DNA from: an uncultured Ruficoccus sp. | Lineage (GTDB): Bacteria; Verrucomicrobiota; Verrucomicrobiia; Opitutales; Cerasicoccaceae | Direction: 5' to 3' | Length of the DNA stretch: 64,000 nucleotides | NCBI GenBank assembly: GCA_965140785.1 | Contig: OZ223481.1 | Span: 320,001-384,000, forward strand | Shown here: positions 10,720 to 22,532 of the stretch, in pieces | Position numbering within the stretch: position 1 is the stretch's first letter | Layout of the letters: each line of letters opens with the position of its first letter | Notes under the pieces: model-generated | The model's input: the letters and a program-made list of their open reading frames with translations, nothing else | What the model was told of the DNA's origin: nothing | The model's database searches: none | Translations under genes and position numbers: made by a program

Positions 10720-10820
10720 TAGGCTGTGCCCTTAAATTACGCAACGCGCAGACAAAACCGGTTTTTGAGACCCAAAAAGCGGTGAGAATGCGACTTGAGT
10801 TAACTTGAAGATATAGCCTA
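10720..10820. mobile_element. Degenerate MITE-like element with TA ends
   Basis: Left end TAGGCTGTGCCCTTAAATTA vs reverse complement of right end TAGGCTATATCTTCAAGTTA: 14/20, all mismatches are transitions. Confidence 0.4.
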
Positions 10821-10899
10821 ATCTTCCAGCTTCCACTTTTCCGGGCCGACTTGCACTCGGTTTCGTCACGCACTATTCCGACCTAAACATTTTGCCGAT

Positions 10900-11367
10900 A
10901 TGGACCTCAAGGAAATCAAACAGATCATCGACCTGATGAAGCGCTCGGAGCTGACCGAGTTCGAGATCGAGGAAAAGGACCTCAAGCTTCGTATTTGCCG
11001 CGAGTCACAGAAGCCTGTGATGCTCGCCCCGGCCCAGGCGCCGGCCCCCGCAGCGGCTGCGCCCGCTCCGGCCCCGGCTGCCTCCAGCCCCGCCCCCTCG
11101 GCGGCCAAGCCCGCTGAGGAGCCCGGCACCGCGCTGATCAAGTCGCCCATGGTGGGGACTTTTTACCGCGCTCCCAGTCCGGACAGCCCGTCCTTTACCG
11201 AGGTTGGTGCCGAGGTGAAGCCCGACAGCGTCGTGTGCATCATCGAGGCCATGAAGGTCATGAACGAGATCCACGCCGAGGCCAAGGGCAAGATACTGGA
11301 GGTGCTGGTGGAGAACGGTCAGTCGGTCGAGTACGGCCAGCCCCTGTTCAAGATCAAGGCTTCCTGA
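10900..11367 (+). CDS. accB: Acetyl-CoA carboxylase biotin carboxyl carrier protein
   Basis: [19 protein letters not shown] biotinylation motif, Ala/Pro linker. Confidence 0.97.
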   Translation: MDLKEIKQIIDLMKRSELTEFEIEEKDLKLRICRESQKPVMLAPAQAPAPAAAAPAPAPAASSPAPSAAKPAEEPGTALIKSPMVGTFYRAPSPDSPSFTEVGAEVKPDSVVCIIEAMKVMNEIHAEAKGKILEVLVENGQSVEYGQPLFKIKAS

Positions 11368-11429
11368 GTGTTTACCCTGCCCAATGTTCATCCCGCCCCG
11401 CGTGAGCTCACGCGCACGCACGAGCACCC

Positions 11430-12809
<1,380 letters not shown>

Positions 12810-12926
12810 GCCGGACCGGCGGCATCATTTTTGCTTTGCCGATCCGGTAATTTCCCTCAAAAGTACTTCCAGCGCTTGCGCACCATTATTGCTCCCTCTG
12901 ATCTAACCTTAACCGAAAACAGCACC

Positions 12927-13393
12927 ATGCCAGCCAAGAAAACGTCCAAGCCCGCCGACGAGACTGATCCCAACACCATTCCCTCCCTGATCGAGGCGAC
13001 GGAAAACTCCGACGAGATCCACATCAACATCCCCGTGGTTGCGAACATTGTGAAGATGGCCGCGCTCCAGGTGGACGGTGTGTACTCGGTGGGCGGCACC
13101 TTCGCCGACGGCATCTGGGAAACCCTCGGCGCGAAAAAGATGGACCGCGGCGTGGAGGTCAAGGAGGACGAGGCCGAAAATTACCTCATCCAGATCCACG
13201 TCGAGATGCGCTTCGGTGTGAGCATCGCCACCACGGCCAAGATCGTCCAGCAGACTATCCGCGAGCAGGTCGAAGCCATGACCAGCAAGGCGTGGCCAAG
13301 GTTGAGGTCTTCATCGACGGCGTGCGCATGGAGCAGCCGGAGGGCGCTCCCCGGGAACAGGCCGAACAGTGGGACCAGCCCCACACAGACTAA
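12927..13393 (+). CDS. Asp23/Gls24 family envelope stress protein (1-nt deletion near 13289)
   Basis: VANIVKMAALQVDGV, RGVEV, IREQVEAMT; restoring one base near 13289-13290 gives the expected VAKVEVFIDGV end and TAA at 13391-13393. Confidence 0.85.
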
Positions 13394-13408
13394 TTTCTCT
13401 AACTATAT

Positions 13409-14176
13409 ATGCTCAACAAGCTTGAGAGTTTCTACCACGCCCAGATAGAGCCCTATCTGAGCGAGCGGGTGCTGGTGGTCAGCATCGTCATCATCCTGCT
13501 GCTGTTCCTGCTGGTAGTCCGGTCGCTGCGCCGCCGCTGGAGCCCGATCCGTGTGTTTAAGACCACCTCGGGCCGCGTGCAGGTTACCCGCAGCGCCATC
13601 CGCGACCTCGTGCTCAACGCCTGCCACTACGTGCAGGCTGCCCGCAAGCCCAAGGTCGTGATCAAGGCCCGGCGCGGACGGCTCTACATCCGCGTCGATC
13701 TCAAGCTCAACGAAGACCAGCGTCTCAGCGACGTCGCCGTCCAGCTCCAGACGCGCATCGAGGATGTGCTCCAGGACACCCTCAGCCTGGACCGGCGCAG
13801 CGTGCGCATCGACGTCGGCCTGAAGGGCATCCGGCACGTCAAGACACCCGCTTCCGAGCAGACTCAGGGCTCCCAGACACCGATCACCCCGGTGCCGGAT
13901 GTCGCGCCGGTCAAAAACGAGGAGGACGCTGTTATTTCCACCGCAGATGAACCCGAGGAGGGAGCCGTGGCTGTGGCCCCGGCGGAGACTCCGGAAGAGC
14001 CGGAGGAAAAGGAAGACGAGCCCAAGTCCAAGCGTGGCTTCCTGGGCTTTGGCCGGCGCAAGTCCGAGCCCGAAGCCGAGGAGGAGAAAGACCCGACGGA
14101 GTCGGACTACGACGCCGACGACGATCCTTTCGCCCCCAGCCGCGACACCCGCGAGGACGAAGAGAAAAAGCTTTAG
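13409..14176 (+). CDS. AmaP-like alkaline shock membrane anchor protein with acidic tail
   Basis: N-terminal TM, GRVQVTRSAIRDLV Asp23-like fold, adjacent to asp23. Confidence 0.6.
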   Translation: MLNKLESFYHAQIEPYLSERVLVVSIVIILLLFLLVVRSLRRRWSPIRVFKTTSGRVQVTRSAIRDLVLNACHYVQAARKPKVVIKARRGRLYIRVDLKLNEDQRLSDVAVQLQTRIEDVLQDTLSLDRRSVRIDVGLKGIRHVKTPASEQTQGSQTPITPVPDVAPVKNEEDAVISTADEPEEGAVAVAPAETPEEPEEKEDEPKSKRGFLGFGRRKSEPEAEEEKDPTESDYDADDDPFAPSRDTREDEEKKL

Positions 14177-14209
14177 CTTTTTGCGTCATCGCTGACAGAG
14201 GCCCGGCCC

Positions 14210-14852
14210 ATGCCCGCGAATTTACAGGCGGCGGTTTTTTTACGCCATTCTTGACACCGGCTATGTTCCGCGCGAGAAGCTGGTGGATAAGTGCCGGGCC
14301 CTGCTGGCCGGGGGGGCGGACATTATCCAGCTCCGGGCCAAGCGGGAACGTACGACTGAGCGTATCGAAATATTGAATACGCTGGTGCCGCTCTGTGAAG
14401 GAACGGATGTTCCGCTGATCGTGAACGACGACATCGAGGCGGCGCTGGCCTTTCCGGGCCTGGGCCTGCACGTCGGCCAGGACGACCTTCCGCCGGATCA
14501 GGCGCGCGTGCGCCTCGGGCCCGGGCGGGTGCTGGGCCTGTCCACGCACTCGCCGGAGCAGGCAGCCGGAGCCATCGCCCATGCCGAGGCACTGGACTAC
14601 TTCGCGGTGGGGCCGGTTTTCGCCACTCCGACCAAGCCGGACTATACCCCGGTGGGCCTGGAACTGGTCCAGCAGGTGGCGGGCCTGGGGCCGCCACTGC
14701 CGTGGTTCGCGATCGGCGGGATCAAGCGCCACAATCTCGCTCAAGTGACGGCTGCCGGTGCTCGCCGCATCGTCGCTGTCTCCGATGCCCTGTGCGCGGA
14801 GGACTCCGCCGCCGTGGTGCGCGAGTACCGCGCGGCGCTTGAACGCGCTTGA
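14210..14852 (+). CDS. thiE: Thiamine-phosphate synthase (extra T in T7 run 14235-14241)
   Basis: QLRAK, LIVNDD, LHVGQDD, GLSTH, GPVFATPTK, FAIGGI; removing one T joins ATG 14210 to FYAILDTGY. Confidence 0.92.
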
Positions 14853-15144
14853 TTGATCTTTTGGCAGACGTTGTTTTTCTGTGTATCTGAATTCTGGATA
14901 CAACAGGTGCCTGTTCCTGAAACGTGCCCGGCGTGGCCACGGCTCCGAGCCGCCAGCGCGGCTGGAGTTGGCGGCCAGCCGGGCCAACGGCGTCCGCAGC
15001 GTAAAGAAGGCAGTGTCAGTATCGCGGAGCGCGACTGGCTTCAGGAGATGAAGGACGCGGCGAGAATGAGCGAAGCCAGCGGCGTGGCTGGGGTCCAGCC
15101 TCACGGATGGGGGAGGGGCGGCTGGCCGACGTATCCATGATTGA

Positions 15145-16024
15145 CTACATAAAGAAGCAGAGGTCGGCCCATTCGCCGTCCACCCGGGAGTCGGCCCGGC
15201 AGGTCAGCCCGGCCTCGATGGCTGCGAAGTTGAAGTGCTCGCGCACCTCGTCCAGCTCGCGGGCGAGGATACCGCTCAGGGCGAGCGTGCCGTGCGGAGC
15301 CATGGCGGCGAAGAGCCCGGCGGCGTGGATTTTTAAAATGTCGGCCTGGATGTTGGCCAGCATGAGGTCGGCTTTCCGGTCTTTAAGGCCGGACTCGATG
15401 CCCGCCTCGGCGAAGCTGACCGCCTCGGGGGCGATGCCGTTGGAGAGGGTGTTTCTCACGGCTGACGCGGATGGCCTCGGGGTCCTGGTCGAAGCCGTAG
15501 ACATCCTTCGCGCCGAGCAGGACGGCGGAGAGGGCGAGGATGCCCGAGCCGCACCCGGCGTCGATGATGTGCTGATCCGGGAAGGTCTCGCCGCGGGCCT
15601 CGGAAAAATCCAGCAGCCGCCGGGCCATGAGGCGGGTGGTCTCATGGCTGCCAGTGCCGAAGGCCATCCCGGCGTCCAGGTAGAGGGCGACGTGCCCGTC
15701 TGGCAGGGCGTAGCTCTCGCGCTCCCAGGCGGGCACCCAGTGCAGGCGTCCGCTGGACCACGGTTTGAGAAACTCCTTGTAAGCCTCCTGCCACTCGCGG
15801 TCCTCGATCTGCTCGCGGGCGAAGTCGGCGGGTAGCTCAGCAAAGGCTGCGCGCAGCCCGGCCAGCCCTTCGTCGGCCTCGGCTTCGGTTTCGAAAAAGC
15901 CTTTCAGGTGGAGGGGGCCGCCGGGGACGGATTCAATGCCCCATGCGAGCAGCCCTTCTTCACAGAAGTAGGCTTCGAGCGCGTCGGCCAGTTCGGCCGG
16001 GACTTCGGTTTTCAGGATAAACAT
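15145..16024 (-). CDS. prmA: Ribosomal protein L11 methyltransferase (frameshift near 15452-15454)
   Basis: GMAFGTGSHETT, DAGCGSGIL in ORF 15383..16024; ANIQADIL, LSGIL, GEW in the second frame; one extra base splits the gene. Confidence 0.92.
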
Positions 16025-16042
16025 ACGGGTGTGGAAAAAAAC

Positions 16043-16639
16043 TTACTTGCGGGTACCGAGCATAAGCTCGTCGGCGAGTCGGCGGATGGTGGCGGGCAGC
16101 AGGCGGTGCTCGGCGGCGTGGACCTTCTCCTCGACGTCGTCGAGGGTGTCGCCCTTTTCGATCGGCACGTGCTCCTGGCCGAGGACTTCGCCCGCGTCCA
16201 CATCGGCGGTGACCCAGTGAACGGTGCAGCCGGTCTCGCGGTCGCCCGCCTCGAAGGCGCGCTGGATGGAGTGCAGGCCGGGGTGCTTGGGCAGGAGGCT
16301 GGGGTGGAGGTTGATGATGCGCCCTTTGAAAGCCTCGATGAACGGCGGCTTGATCACGCGCATGAAGCCCGCCAGCACGATGAAGTCCGGCTGCAGGCGC
16401 TGGATGGTCTCGATCCAGTGGGTTTCGGCCTCGCCCTCAAGTTTGGTCCTGAACTTGCCCGGATGCAGGTAAAAGGCGGGCACGTCAAAGCGCGGCCCGA
16501 GCTTGAGGATAGGGGCGTCGGGCTGGTCGCAGAAGACGCCGACGACCTGGGCCAGGCCGAGTTCACCGGCCTCCTGGGCCTTGAGGATGGCCTTGGCGTT
16601 ACTGCCGCGACCGGAACCGAGTATGACGATACGGACCAT
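16043..16639 (-). CDS. purN: Phosphoribosylglycinamide formyltransferase
   Basis: GSGRGSN, LAGFMRVI, NLHPSLLP, TGCTVHWV, AEHRL. Confidence 0.95.
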   Translation of the reverse strand: MVRIVILGSGRGSNAKAILKAQEAGELGLAQVVGVFCDQPDAPILKLGPRFDVPAFYLHPGKFRTKLEGEAETHWIETIQRLQPDFIVLAGFMRVIKPPFIEAFKGRIINLHPSLLPKHPGLHSIQRAFEAGDRETGCTVHWVTADVDAGEVLGQEHVPIEKGDTLDDVEEKVHAAEHRLLPATIRRLADELMLGTRK

Positions 16640-16641
16640 GG

Positions 16642-16811
16642 GAATGGGTTAAAGGGCTGATTGTTGACGGTTAATGCTTGGCTGCTGCTGGGATGGCGCA
16701 AGGGAAAGGGTGGAAATGGATGCGTTAACTATCCGCCTGGGTTTGGGTGTCTGGCAATTATCTGACCCGATAAACTCCATAACAATTAACCATTCAACCC
16801 TTTAACCATTT
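16642..16811. repeat. Inverted pair of short octamer-periodic tracts
   Basis: GAATGGGTTAAAGGGCTGATTG (16642) vs CAATTAACCATTCAACCCTTTAACCATTT (16783-16811). Confidence 0.5.
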
Positions 16812-16814
16812 CCT

Positions 16815-17321
16815 TCAAAACGTGTCGGCGGCGGCGCGGATTTTCGCGATAAGCGAGGTGGTGCTGTAGCCTTCGAGGAAGGGGAGGAAGCGGATTTCGG
16901 TGCCACCGGCTTCGAGCGCGGCACGCTCGCCGGCGTCGAGGCTTTCGATATTGTAGTCGCCGGCCTTGACGTAGAGGTCGGGGCGCAGGGTTTCGATTTC
17001 GCGGGTCAGGCGCGGCGTGTGAAAGACGACCAGTGTGTCGATAAAGGGCAGGCTGCCCATCAGGTAGGCGCGCTCCTGCTCGTTCTGGACGGGGCGGGTG
17101 GGGCCCTTAAGCGCCTGGACGCTGGTGTCGCCGTTGAGCGCGACGTAGAGCCGGTCGCCCTGCTCGGCGGCTTTTTTTAGAAAGAACAGGTGTCCGGTGT
17201 GCAGCAGGTCAAAACAGCCGTTGGTCAGGACGACCTTTTCCCCGGCCTGGCTGGCGGCTTCACGGCGGCGGGCAGCTTCGTCGAGGCTGAGGAGTTTGGG
17301 GATGTCGAGTCGGAGCGGCAT
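16815..17321 (-). CDS. rfaE2: D-glycero-beta-D-manno-heptose 1-phosphate adenylyltransferase (HldE domain II)
   Basis: TNGCFDLLHTGH, NGDTSVQALKGPTRP, YVKAGDY, GYSTTSLI; real start is in the last third of the 553-aa ORF. Confidence 0.9.
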   Translation of the reverse strand: MPLRLDIPKLLSLDEAARRREAASQAGEKVVLTNGCFDLLHTGHLFFLKKAAEQGDRLYVALNGDTSVQALKGPTRPVQNEQERAYLMGSLPFIDTLVVFHTPRLTREIETLRPDLYVKAGDYNIESLDAGERAALEAGGTEIRFLPFLEGYSTTSLIAKIRAAADTF

Positions 17322-17450
17322 GCAGGCCCGCATATTCCGGGCGCAGCCCCGCAGGGTCAAGCTCAAGGCATGGGCGGTTGGCGCGGCCTTCCGCCAGTGC
17401 GTCAGTAAAATCGCTGGACAGCGGCGGGTAAAATTCGCTTGCTGGTACGC

Positions 17451-18536
17451 ATGAAGAGCGTGAGAGGGCGTATTGGATGGCTGGGGCTGACCTGGCTGGT
17501 ATTTCTGGGCTTGGGAATGCTGAGCGCGCAGGCGCAGTCCGACCTCGCGCCGGGGATGCCGAATCCGCCAGCCAGCCCGACGGTGGTCAAGGTGGGCGTC
17601 TTTCTCGCGGACATCATCAATGTGGACGAGCTGAACGAGACCTTTGAGGCCGAGCTGATCCTGACCGCAGAGTGGGAGGACCCGCGGCTGGCCTTCGACC
17701 CGGAGGAGGCAGGCACGCCGGTGAAGCTTTTCCAGGGGAACTTCCAGTTCAACGAGGTGTACGCGGCGTGGTGGCCGCAACTGCTTTTCGTCAACCAGAT
17801 CGGTAGCGGCGAGCTCAACGCGATTAAAATCAGCATCTACCCGGACGGGCGCGTGCGCTACCTGGACCAGCGTAATGTGCTGCTGGAGACGCCGATGAAG
17901 CTGCACTCCTTCCCCTTCGACACACAGCGTCTGGTGGCCAAGATCGTGTCCTTCGGCGACTACAGCGACTCGGTACAACTGGTCGTGGATGAGCGGGTGG
18001 AGGGCGCCACCGAGGAGTACGCCGAGGTGGACAAAAACGTGAACATCGCCGAGTGGCAGCTGCGCGGGGTCGAACTGGAGGCGGGCGAGGCCGACTTCCG
18101 CTACTACGGCGGGCGTCAGAGCTTCTCCGAGCTGACGCTCTCGGTCGTCATGGAGCGCAAGTCGGCCAACCTGATCTGGAAAGTGATCCTGCCGCTGATC
18201 ATCCTCGTGCTGCTGATGTGGGCGGTCTTCTGGATGGAGGTGGACAATCTCTCGGACCGGCTCAACGTCTCCTTTATCGGCATCCTCACCATCGTGGCCT
18301 ATCAGTTCCTGATCGACGGGGCGATGCCGCGCATCGACTACTTCACCTTTACGGACACGGTACTGCTGTACTCGTTTATCGTGATGTGTCTGGCGATTTT
18401 TGAGAGCCTGATCCTGTACTCGCTTTGCAAGAAAGACCGCCGCCCGCTGGCCGAAAAGATCGACCGCGCTTTTCACTGGCTCTTCCCAGTGCTATACTTC
18501 AGCGGGCTGGTGATCAGCTTCTGCTATTACGTGTAA
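17451..18536 (+). CDS. Pentameric ligand-gated ion channel (ELIC/GLIC-like)
   Basis: Signal peptide; WEDPRLAF, WWPQL, Pro-loop FPFDTQ, pre-M1 R, 4 TM (KVILPL; SDRLNVSFIGILTIVAY; MPRIDYFTFTD). Confidence 0.92.
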   Translation: MKSVRGRIGWLGLTWLVFLGLGMLSAQAQSDLAPGMPNPPASPTVVKVGVFLADIINVDELNETFEAELILTAEWEDPRLAFDPEEAGTPVKLFQGNFQFNEVYAAWWPQLLFVNQIGSGELNAIKISIYPDGRVRYLDQRNVLLETPMKLHSFPFDTQRLVAKIVSFGDYSDSVQLVVDERVEGATEEYAEVDKNVNIAEWQLRGVELEAGEADFRYYGGRQSFSELTLSVVMERKSANLIWKVILPLIILVLLMWAVFWMEVDNLSDRLNVSFIGILTIVAYQFLIDGAMPRIDYFTFTDTVLLYSFIVMCLAIFESLILYSLCKKDRRPLAEKIDRAFHWLFPVLYFSGLVISFCYYV

Positions 18537-18755
18537 GCCTGCCCGGAGGGCGCTTTAAATACAGTTGCAGTCATGCAACCTGAGCCCTCTGGAAAAACTA
18601 TCGGGTGGGCCGATGGCAGCCCAGCTCTTCGAGCATCCCTGCGATCTGGCAGAACCAGCATTGACAAGTATAAAGATACGCACTGCTTCTATAATACGGA
18701 AGCCAGAGGGCGACCGCCCCGTCGGCCTCCCGCCCTCGCCGCCCAATTGCCAATC

Positions 18756-19601
18756 ATGAATGAACACAACCACCTCCATCACCGTGTGAGCATCGTCCTC
18801 ACCTGCCTGTTTTTTATGACCGCTCAACCTCTCATCTCCCAGGAAACTTTCCGTCCGGCCTACGAAGAGGCCCTAAAGGCCCCGTGGCAGGAAACCTTCC
18901 ATGATTCCGGTCAGGACGACTGGCAGGATAAATGGTTCCTCGACGGGCGCAAGGCGACGGTGGAGAACACGGATGAGGGCATGTTTTTCGCCGCCGGCCC
19001 GATCGCCGGAGACCACGCCTCGCACGCGGTCCTGTGGACCAAGGAGAGCTTCGAGGGCGACCTCAAGCTCGAGTTCGATTTCACCCGGATGGACACGATT
19101 TACCACTACGTGTGCATTGTCTATCTCTACGCTACCGGAGCAGGTCCGGCTCCCTACACTGAGGATATTGAGGCGTGGCGCAACCTGCGCCAGATCCCAT
19201 TCATGAGGTCGTATTTCGACCACATGAATCTGCTTCACGTCAGCTTTGCGGCGTTCGGAAACAAGAGCAGTGACGGTAAGGACTCCGCCTATATCCGCGC
19301 CCGGCGCTACCCGCGCTCGCTTTTCGAGGGCGACTTCGCGAAAATGGCGCTTGAGCCGGACTTTTCGGCGGTGGGTCTCTTCGAGCCCGGCGTGCCGCAC
19401 CATGTCACCTTCATTCGCCGCGGCAACGAGTTTTTCATGAACGTCGAAAACCCCGAGGGCGAACACCTTTTCCGGTGGGACCTGTCCCAAATGCCTTCGG
19501 TGAACCAGGGGCGTATCGGTCTGCGTCACATGTACCAACGGGCCGGTATTTACCAGAATATCTCCGTCAGCCAGCCGGACGAGGACACCTCGGCGCAATA
19601 A
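18756..19601 (+). CDS. DUF1961/YesU-like secreted protein (beta-sandwich fold)
   Basis: WFLDG, HAVLWTKESFEGDLKLEFDFTR, GRIGLRHM; signal-like N-terminus; start uncertain. Confidence 0.55.
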   Translation: MNEHNHLHHRVSIVLTCLFFMTAQPLISQETFRPAYEEALKAPWQETFHDSGQDDWQDKWFLDGRKATVENTDEGMFFAAGPIAGDHASHAVLWTKESFEGDLKLEFDFTRMDTIYHYVCIVYLYATGAGPAPYTEDIEAWRNLRQIPFMRSYFDHMNLLHVSFAAFGNKSSDGKDSAYIRARRYPRSLFEGDFAKMALEPDFSAVGLFEPGVPHHVTFIRRGNEFFMNVENPEGEHLFRWDLSQMPSVNQGRIGLRHMYQRAGIYQNISVSQPDEDTSAQ

Positions 19602-19637
19602 CATCTCTCGGCGAGGGGGGCACGGGCTATGCCCGGC

Positions 19638-20771
19638 CTATTCGAACCACTTTTTGGCCTTTTCGAAAAAGCCCTCGCTCATGGGCTGGTCGGCGTCGCC
19701 ACAGGCGGTGGCGAATTCTTCCAGCTTGGCGCGTTGTTCGCCGTTGAGCTTTTTGGGCACCTCGATCTCGACCTGGATAAGCTGGTCGCCGTGGTGGCCG
19801 CCGCGCAGGGTGGGCATGCCCTTGCCGCGCAGGCGGAAGGTGGTGCCGCTCTGGGTGCCGGCGGGAATTTTTAGCGAAGCCTTGCCCTTGAGGGTGGGAA
19901 CTTCGATGGTGCCGCCGAGCGCGGCGAGGGTGAACTTGATCGGGATCAGGCAGTAAAGGTTCTGGTCGTGCCGCTCGAAGACCTCGTGCTCTTTGACGTG
20001 GATGATGACGTAGAGGTCGCCGGCGGGCGCACCGTTGGGGCCGGCCTCACCGCTGCCGGAGGAGCGCAGGCGCGAACCGGTATCGACGCCGGCGGGAATC
20101 TTCACCTTGAGCGTGTTCGTCTCGTCCACGACGCCGTGGCCGGAGCAGTTGGAGCAGGGCTTGTCCACCACCTTGCCGCGACCCTGGCAGGTCGGGCAGT
20201 GCTGGCGCACCTGGAAAAAACCGCGTGAGCTGATGACCTGGCCGGCACCGCCGCAGGTCGGGCAGACGCGTTCGCCGCTGCCGGGTTCGGCCCCGGAGCC
20301 GCTGCACTTGCCGCAGGCGGCCTGGCGGCGGTACTTGACCGTTTTCTCCACACCTTCGGCGGCTTCCTCCAGCGAGATCTCCAGGTCGTAGCGCAGGTCG
20401 TTGCCGCGCTGGGGGCCGCGTCCGCCACCACCGCCGAAAAACTCCTCGAAGATGCCGCCGCCACCACCGCCGCCGCCGAAGACCTCGCGGAAGACGTCGA
20501 AGGGGTCGTGGAAGCCGCCCGCTCCAGCCCCGGCCCGCCCGGCGCCCTGCTCGAAGGCGGCGTGGCCGTAGCGGTCGTAGGCGGCGCGCTTGTCCGGGTT
20601 GCTCAGGACCTCGTAGGCGTGGCCGATTTCCTTAAAACGGGCCTCGGCCTCGGCATCGCCCGGATTTTTGTCCGGGTGGTACTTCATGGCCAGCTTGCGG
20701 TAGGCCTTTTTAATGTCCTGCTCGGAGGCGTCCCGGCTGACGCCGAGTTCTTCGTAATAATCTTTCGCCAT
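19638..20771 (-). CDS. dnaJ: Chaperone DnaJ
   Basis: J-domain HPD, G/F-rich region, four CxxCxGxG zinc repeats. Confidence 0.97.
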   Translation of the reverse strand: MAKDYYEELGVSRDASEQDIKKAYRKLAMKYHPDKNPGDAEAEARFKEIGHAYEVLSNPDKRAAYDRYGHAAFEQGAGRAGAGAGGFHDPFDVFREVFGGGGGGGGIFEEFFGGGGGRGPQRGNDLRYDLEISLEEAAEGVEKTVKYRRQAACGKCSGSGAEPGSGERVCPTCGGAGQVISSRGFFQVRQHCPTCQGRGKVVDKPCSNCSGHGVVDETNTLKVKIPAGVDTGSRLRSSGSGEAGPNGAPAGDLYVIIHVKEHEVFERHDQNLYCLIPIKFTLAALGGTIEVPTLKGKASLKIPAGTQSGTTFRLRGKGMPTLRGGHHGDQLIQVEIEVPKKLNGEQRAKLEEFATACGDADQPMSEGFFEKAKKWFE

Positions 20772-20780
20772 TTGCTGGGC

Positions 20781-21377
20781 TTACTCCTGGGCCGGCCCGG
20801 AAGAGACCACGACCGAGGCCGGTCGCAGCAGGCGTTGGTTGAGCTGATAACCGGCCCGCACGAGCGTGATCACCTGGTGGTCGTCAAACTCGTCGCTGGG
20901 CTGCTGGGAAACAGCTTCGTGCAGATTGTGGTCAAAGGCATCGCCGGGGGCTGGCTCAAGAATGGTCAGTCCGTGTTCGCCGAGGACCTGACGCAACTGG
21001 GCGGCCACGACCTCGAAGCCCTTGCTGACGTCGGCGGCTTCGGGGTGGTTGCCCGCGGCGGCGAGGCCGAGGCGGAAATTGTCGAGCGCGGGCAGGAGCT
21101 CTTCGATCAGCCCGGCATTGGCCAGCAGGCGGGATTCTTCTTTCTCGCGGGCGGCGCGGCGGCGGAAATTATCCAGGTCGGCCATGGCCCGCAGGTAGCG
21201 GTCCTCGTAGTCCTTGGCATTGGCCTGAGCCTTGTCCAGCTCTTCGAGCAGCTGCGCCGTCTCCGAGCCGGCTTCGGCGGAAGCCTTCTCAGGAGCGACC
21301 GTTTCTTCCGGGGTCTGAGCGGCCTGTTTATCGGCGGTGGCCGCTTCCGGTTCTTGGTTTTCGGGTTTCTCCTTCAT
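20781..21377 (-). CDS. grpE: Nucleotide exchange factor GrpE
   Basis: LRAMADLDNFRRR, FDHNLHEAV, GYQLNQRLLRPASV. Confidence 0.95.
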   Translation of the reverse strand: MKEKPENQEPEAATADKQAAQTPEETVAPEKASAEAGSETAQLLEELDKAQANAKDYEDRYLRAMADLDNFRRRAAREKEESRLLANAGLIEELLPALDNFRLGLAAAGNHPEAADVSKGFEVVAAQLRQVLGEHGLTILEPAPGDAFDHNLHEAVSQQPSDEFDDHQVITLVRAGYQLNQRLLRPASVVVSSGPAQE

Positions 21378-21537
21378 AGACGTGTGGTGTCGGTAAGAGG
21401 GGAAACCATTACCCAATCCCGGCGAGATTCAAGGGCTTTTTTTGCGGGAAAGGCCGCGGAGGCCGTTATTTCCCAACAAAAACGGATGTTCGGACAGGCG
21501 GATCGGGGGGCGCCGGGCCGGGGCACTCGGGCGGTGC

Positions 21538-22345
21538 TCAGGGCTCCTGGGAGGGGCGCAGGGAGTCTGCGGCACGCTCGCGCAGACTCTGGGAGATGTC
21601 GTCGGAGAGATTATCGAGCCGGTCCCCCAGCAGGTCCGGCGCGGTGGGGGTAATATCCTCGAAGCACTGAACTGGCAGCGCCGCGAAAAGCGCCTGGAAA
21701 AAGGCGGGGCTGAGCCCGTGCAGGCCGCGGGCGCGCAGCTCACGCTCCACCTCGGGGAAGACCTCGGTGCTGCGGCTGACATCCGTAAAAACGCCTTCGT
21801 AGTCGAGCTTGACCCGGGCGATATCGGGGCGGCGAAAGGTGTGGTTTTCGATCACGGCTTCGTTGATATTCAGGCGGAAGCTCTCCAGTTGCAGGGGCTC
21901 ACCCGAGAGCGCCGGGGCGGCGGGCTGGTAATCGACCGCATCGATAAAGGCCGCGATGTTGCTGGGGGCCTTTTTCGGGGATGACGATAGTGATGGAGTC
22001 GATGTTCATCTCCACCGCGCGGGCGCGGAAGTCCCCGTCGGTCATCTCGGCTAGGGGGAGCTTGACCGCCAGTTTGCGGATATGCAGAAAACTCTCTTCG
22101 GGGAAGCCGGGCGGGTTTTCGACAACGACATCCTCGAACACCAGTTCGCGGGAGAGCAGTTCGAGGTTGGCGTCATCAATGCGCACCTCGAAGCCGCTGC
22201 GCTGCTCGATCCACCCGGCGGCAAACTTCGGCGTCCACGCCTCGGCCACCCAGAAGAGCACGATCAGGCCGATCGCTGCTATCACCAGCAGGACGGTCAG
22301 CATGCTGGCCAGACAACCGAAGGGCTTGAAGAGAAGTTTCAGCAT
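21538..22345 (-). CDS. Membrane-anchored hypothetical protein, AsmA-N-like (frameshift at G5 21964-21968)
   Basis: N-terminal TM, VENPPGF motif; removing one base joins ORF 21899..22345 to ORF 21538..21855 through GPSNIAAFIDAV. Confidence 0.55.
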
Positions 22346-22361
22346 GAGGTGGGATGAATAC

Positions 22362-22452
22362 GATTTCTCTCACAAAGACGGCAAAGAACACAAAACGGTC
22401 GCGCAAAAGTCTGAAAAGCCTCTGTGTTCTCTGTGCCTCCGTGTGAGAAATC
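22362..22452. repeat. Imperfect intergenic inverted repeat (CACAGAG-type periodic)
   Basis: GATTTCTCTCACAAAGACGGCAAAGAACAC ... CTCTGTGTTCTCTGTGCCTCCGTGTGAGAAATC. Confidence 0.55.
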
Positions 22453-22532
22453 AAGTATTTGTTGTGGTTCCGGGGGGGATAGCGGCCTTTGTGGCCGCGT
22501 AAGGGGCGGAACCCCTTCAAGGTCCCGTGCGG

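Noticed and set aside
12927..16024. asp23, thiE and prmA as true pseudogenes or programmed frameshifts
   Set aside because: Single homopolymer indels in otherwise intact genes, no recoding signals seen; sequencing error is simpler.
16815..18476. 553-aa ORF suggesting an extended RfaE2
   Set aside because: The N-terminal ~385 aa are the antisense shadow of the ion-channel gene plus intergenic DNA; only 16815..17321 is a credible gene.
18661..18695. Perfect TTGACA and TATAAT upstream of the DUF1961 gene
   Set aside because: Spacing is 23 bp, too long for a single sigma70 promoter.
19638..21377. grpE-dnaJ without dnaK or hrcA
   Set aside because: Split chaperone operons are common; no CIRCE element seen.
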